From assembly GCA_018062505.1 (NCBI GenBank), contig JAGOSA010000003.1:1-44794 (forward strand): 44,794 bases of DNA, written 5' to 3'. The stretch comes from Minisyncoccota bacterium (lineage in GTDB: Bacteria; Patescibacteriota; Minisyncoccia; Phycocordibacterales; UBA9973). The notes beneath the pieces are model-generated. The model did not search any database, was not told the DNA's origin, and saw only the letters and a list, made by a program, of their open reading frames with translations. Below are positions 42,030 to 44,794 of this stretch, one piece after another; position 1 is the first letter of the stretch, and each line of letters begins with the position of its first letter. Made by a program: the position numbers and the translations under genes.

Positions 42030-42947
42030 TTAGAGATTTGTATTGCGAACGACTGTTGCGTCGATCGTATTGTCTGCATTGACTACGCCGTAGACACGAA
42101 CTGTGTTGTCGACAACAAAGTTTGTGAGTGAAGCCGAGAGCCAATTGTTCTTGAGGATAGATGTTGAAGCGCTAACGCGAACTGTGTAGTTCGTGTCGCC
42201 AGACTTGATGACGAAAGATGTTGGGGCTGTTGTTCCTGCAATAGAAACGAGCTTACCTTCTTTTGTCATTGCCTGCGGCTGGACAACAGTTGTCTTGACG
42301 GATACCTTCGACGCTTCGAGTGTGTGAGTAAGATTGTTGTAGAGTCCAGTTACTGCGACTTTGCCGTTTACTGCAATGTCAGCAAATGCGCCAGTTGAGC
42401 CATTTTTCATGTACTGAGTTCCAGCTACAGTTGAAACTGTGATATTGCCGTCTTTCTTTGTTGCGAGAACAAAGCTCGTTCCGGAAATGCTAGAAACTGT
42501 TCCTTCGAATGTTGCGTTCTTTTTCTGAACTGACCAATCTTTGATTGTTTTAGCGAGAACAGTCATTGGGCTTGCTGTGCCCGTGACGAGAGTTCCTTGG
42601 AAGCTAATAAAGTCGCCAACTGCTATTTCAGCCATTGCTGAGCTGCCGCCATATCTGCGGAGGAGCTTCGTGCTGCTGTCTGTCGTTACTGTCCAATTCA
42701 TTGCAACAGAACCCCATGTCGTTGTCGCTGTGATCGTGCTGCCAGAAACGCTTGCGACTTTTGCGCCGCGAACGAGGACTTTGCCGCTGTCAGTAATGTG
42801 AACTTCGAGCGATGATCCGACAAGGCGAGCTTCGCGTTCGTTGCGGTTGCTGTCATCATTGCGGTCATTGTCAGCGCGCGCTACTGATGCGCCGCCGATT
42901 GCAAGCGCGATAGCCAGAATGCCGATAAACAGTTTTTTGTGTGTCAT
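42030..42947 (-). CDS. Secreted protein with three DUF5666-like beta-barrel repeats
   Basis: Start moved to ATG 42947 (signal peptide MTHKKLFIGILAIALAIGGASVARA). Repeats of the type G.V.S(V/I)SG(S/T).F.(L/I)....(V/I).(V/T)...T......(L/I)..(G/N)..V.V.G. Confidence 0.7.
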   Translation of the reverse strand: MTHKKLFIGILAIALAIGGASVARADNDRNDDSNRNEREARLVGSSLEVHITDSGKVLVRGAKVASVSGSTITATTTWGSVAMNWTVTTDSSTKLLRRYGGSSAMAEIAVGDFISFQGTLVTGTASPMTVLAKTIKDWSVQKKNATFEGTVSSISGTSFVLATKKDGNITVSTVAGTQYMKNGSTGAFADIAVNGKVAVTGLYNNLTHTLEASKVSVKTTVVQPQAMTKEGKLVSIAGTTAPTSFVIKSGDTNYTVRVSASTSILKNNWLSASLTNFVVDNTVRVYGVVNADNTIDATVVRNTNL

Positions 42948-43210
42948 ATTCAATAATATAGATACTAAAATAATAAATACAGACGACCTGTACAGTATAG
43001 ATGACGTATGAACCGCGTGCGGGTGACAAAGTGTCAAACTTTTTTTGGAAAAAAAAGAGATGTGATCCGAAACAGGCCTGAGCGCATATGGTCAATAACA
43101 GGAGCTAATTGACAGTCCGTAAAGCCACTTGACTGAATTTGAGTAATCGCAAAAACAGCTGGTATGCTTAGTGTAGGTCGATACGATTACACCTAGTAAG
43201 TAACATCTAT

Positions 43211-43348
43211 ATGACCACAAACCAAAACAATCGCGGCAACAATACTGCCGGAGGAAACCAAAACAATCGCAATGATCAGAGTCGTACAGACAATGCCAAC
43301 CGCACAGAAAAGAATGAAAACGACACTGAAGAAACTTCTAATTCATAA
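43211..43348 (+). CDS. Candidate 45-aa Asn/Gln-rich hydrophilic micro-protein
   Basis: MTTNQNNRGNNTAGGNQNNRNDQSRTDNANRTEKNENDTEETSNS. TGgTATGCT box at 43160..43168. Clean terminator 15 nt after the stop. Below the ORF-track cutoff. Confidence 0.35.
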   Translation: MTTNQNNRGNNTAGGNQNNRNDQSRTDNANRTEKNENDTEETSNS

Positions 43349-43362
43349 TAAAGAGTATAGAT

Positions 43363-43398
43363 AAAAAGCCTTGCATTCATTTGAACGTAAGGCTTTTT
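43363..43398 (+). terminator. Rho-independent terminator
   Basis: aaaaaGCCTTGCattcatttgaacGTAAGGCttttt. Confidence 0.7.
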
Positions 43399-43487
43399 AT
43401 GTGGCCTGTCTGTGCCTAGACGACTCAAGCAATGTGTGTTAGATTTGACGAAACAAACAGCAATTCAAAAACTTAAAAAACACTGCC

Positions 43488-43880
43488 ATGAAGACACTTA
43501 CGCATAACCAAATTCTCGTGGCAATATACTCTTTATTTGCCATACTCATTGCCTGTTACCTGATTTGCGGCTACATAGGAAAGCGAGTGCGCATCAGCAA
43601 AGAACTCTACCGACCTCACGTATTTATGGCGTTACTAACGGTATTTACAGCCGGCGTGACATCATACATTGCAAGCTTGCTAGCAGGGCTTGATCCTGTC
43701 AGGCGCGAACCCAGTGTCGCCCTCCATGTTCACATTGTTTCGAGTATCCTCTTTTCGGTATCGATCATTGCTATGCTTGTCGTCAACGGCCGAGCTTTCC
43801 CGCGTATCCACAAGCGCTTAGTCCGTGCGACAGCAGTATTTCTCGCTCTGATGATTATCAGCAGTTTATTTTTTATTTAG
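43488..43880 (+). CDS. Integral membrane protein (4 TM)
   Basis: Four hydrophobic segments (ILVAIYSLFAILIACYLI, VFMALLTVFTAGVTSYIASLLA, IVSSILFSVSIIAMLVV, AVFLALMIISSLFFI). Confidence 0.65.
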   Translation: MKTLTHNQILVAIYSLFAILIACYLICGYIGKRVRISKELYRPHVFMALLTVFTAGVTSYIASLLAGLDPVRREPSVALHVHIVSSILFSVSIIAMLVVNGRAFPRIHKRLVRATAVFLALMIISSLFFI

Positions 43881-43907
43881 GCAACAGTGCGCGCAAGCGA
43901 ATATCTA

Positions 43908-43935
43908 CCCTTGGTCATATTGATCAAGGGTTTTT
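43908..43935 (+). terminator. Rho-independent terminator
   Basis: CCCTTGGTCAtatTGATCAAGGGttttt. Confidence 0.7.
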
Positions 43936-44096
43936 CTTTTGGTATCGTTTTGGGCAGAACTTTGATTTTTCGGCCTTTTTTTGATAGGATAACCCCGTCG
44001 GCCAATTTCGCTTTCGGGCGAGTGCTGGTCGCCAAAACGAAGAATATTCGGGAGTAGCTCAGCGGTAGAGCGACCGCCTGTGGGGATTTCCACCTT

Positions 44097-44105
44097 TGGT
44101 ATAAT
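44097..44105 (+). promoter_or_regulatory. Extended -10 (TGgTATAAT) inside the intron, 6 nt upstream of the HNH ATG
   Basis: ttTGgTATAATttacttATG. Confidence 0.4.
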
Positions 44106-44111
44106 TTACTT

Positions 44112-44420
44112 ATGCCAGATAACAGGAAATATGCCGATAGACGAGAAGCACTCATCAAAGCTGTTGCAAAACGACGCAGGAAGATAAAAGATCTTGCAGT
44201 TGAATACAAAGGTGGCAAATGCCAAATTTGTGGATACAAAAAATGTGTGGGTGCCTTAGAGCTTCACCATGTTAATCCAAAAGATAAACATTTCGGTGTA
44301 GGCGATAAAGGTTACACTCGTGCATGGAGCGTTGTGCAAAAGGAACTTGATAAGTGCGTACTGCTTTGTGCAAATTGTCACAGAGAAGTTGAGTCTGGCA
44401 TTACGCAGCTTTCTATCTAA
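44112..44420 (+). CDS. HNH homing endonuclease (102 aa)
   Basis: CQICGY....LELHHVNP......LLCANCHREVE, i.e. the HNH zinc-finger/nuclease signature. Located within the group I intron. Confidence 0.85.
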   Translation: MPDNRKYADRREALIKAVAKRRRKIKDLAVEYKGGKCQICGYKKCVGALELHHVNPKDKHFGVGDKGYTRAWSVVQKELDKCVLLCANCHREVESGITQLSI

Positions 44421-44709
44421 AGATAGATCGAAAATGAGGTGAATTCGGGGAAGCCCTAACTTGAACATTTGTTTACAGTGGGTAATCCCGAGCCAAGCTT
44501 CAATAGATATTTTAAATTTATTGTTGAAGGTGTAGAGACTATCTCGCAAGAGAGTAGTGTTCTGAAAAGTAAGATTTTCAGAATCCGAAGCGCCTCACTC
44601 CTACGTTTTGAGCAATCAAAATATGGAGATGATATAGTCCGTACCACTAGTAATAGTGGAGAAAACGTAAGCGGTTGGTCGTAGGTTCGATCCCTACCTC
44701 CCGAGCATC

Positions 44710-44741
44710 AAAAAATCACCTTATTTCCAAGGTGATTTTTT
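44710..44741 (+). terminator. Rho-independent terminator after the tRNA
   Basis: aaaaAATCACCTTatttccAAGGTGATTttttg. Confidence 0.8.
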
Positions 44742-44794
44742 GTTTCCACATAAGCAAAGCATTTGGTCATTGTTCCGGAGTACAATGAACACAT

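Larger units (their letters stand above)
44082..44667 (+). mobile_element. Group I intron (IC3-like, tRNA-intron family) carrying an HNH endonuclease ORF
   Basis: Core is collinear with the Azoarcus tRNA-Ile and Anabaena tRNA-Leu introns as I recall them: AUGAGGUGAAUUCGGGGAAGCCCUAA..., GGGUAAUCCCGAGCCAAGCUUC, UUGAAGGUGUAGAGACUAUC (P7 5'), GAUAUAGUCC (P7 3'), P9-like CCACUAguaaUAGUGG, and terminal G. The ORF sits between P1 and P3. Confidence 0.75.
44048..44705 (+). tRNA. tRNA-Asn(GUU) interrupted by an intron (exon 1 44048..44081, exon 2 44668..44705)
   Basis: Acceptor UCGGGAG/CUCCCGA. D arm GCUC-AGCGGUA-GAGC. Anticodon stem ACCGC/GCGGU. Variable loop UGGUC. T arm GUAGG-UUCGAUC-CCUAC. Discriminator G. 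The only 7-nt loop that obeys the group I rules (U before the 5' splice site, G as last intron nt) is CUGU|UAA, giving anticodon GUU. That is the same loop as E. coli tRNA-Asn. Confidence 0.8.

Noticed and set aside
43877-44239. 120-aa minus-strand ORF overlapping tRNA exon 1 and the HNH gene start
   Set aside because: It overlaps a tRNA and the intron ORF on the opposite strand, and its composition is low-complexity. The ORFs 44256..44549, 44456..44647 and 44469..44684 lie inside the conserved group I intron core and are rejected too.

Overview
Gene-dense 44.8-kb bacterial chromosomal fragment. I see no rRNA, CRISPR array, transposase or integrase. All homology calls are from motifs read by eye, with no database search. 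RNA ends, promoters and terminators are accurate to a few nt only.

Housekeeping anchors:
- Class I ribonucleotide reductase: nrdA plus an nrdB with class Ic (Chlamydia R2c-like) hallmarks.
- secA, dnaE and rnhB.
- A type-A RNase P RNA (rnpB) on the minus strand, hidden under the spurious N-terminal part of the 293-aa ORF 11891..12772.
- A tRNA-Asn(GUU) split in the anticodon loop by a ~586-nt group I (IC3-like) intron that carries an HNH homing-endonuclease ORF.

Roughly half the window encodes secreted or membrane-anchored proteins without enzymatic signatures:
- a Kelch-like propeller with a CARDB domain;
- an 878-aa Fn3-like adhesin with Cys/Asp-rich repeats and a DUF11 domain;
- a DUF5666-like protein, a lipoprotein and an L,D-transpeptidase.

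Most notable is a seven-gene, same-strand surface locus at 17.6-28.4 kb. It combines:
- a 1300-aa internally duplicated protein;
- a second protein sharing its 162-aa C-terminal module (WxL / spore-coat-protein-U-like by eye);
- a DUF916/PapD-like membrane-anchored protein;
- a dockerin protein and two TM-anchored cohesin proteins.

Other signals:
- a promoter-to-terminator bracketed ~360-nt structured RNA of unknown class (13855..14216);
- two copies of a conserved ~65-nt core embedded in long, unrelated outer stems (14234..14341 and 40060..40164);
- several orphan promoter/terminator units;
- a SET-domain protein with a Lys-rich tail;
- a recurrent (TGn)TATAAT box 6-9 nt upstream of start codons with almost no Shine-Dalgarno motifs, suggesting leaderless mRNAs.

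The overall style resembles Patescibacteria/CPR genomes. That placement is inference only.
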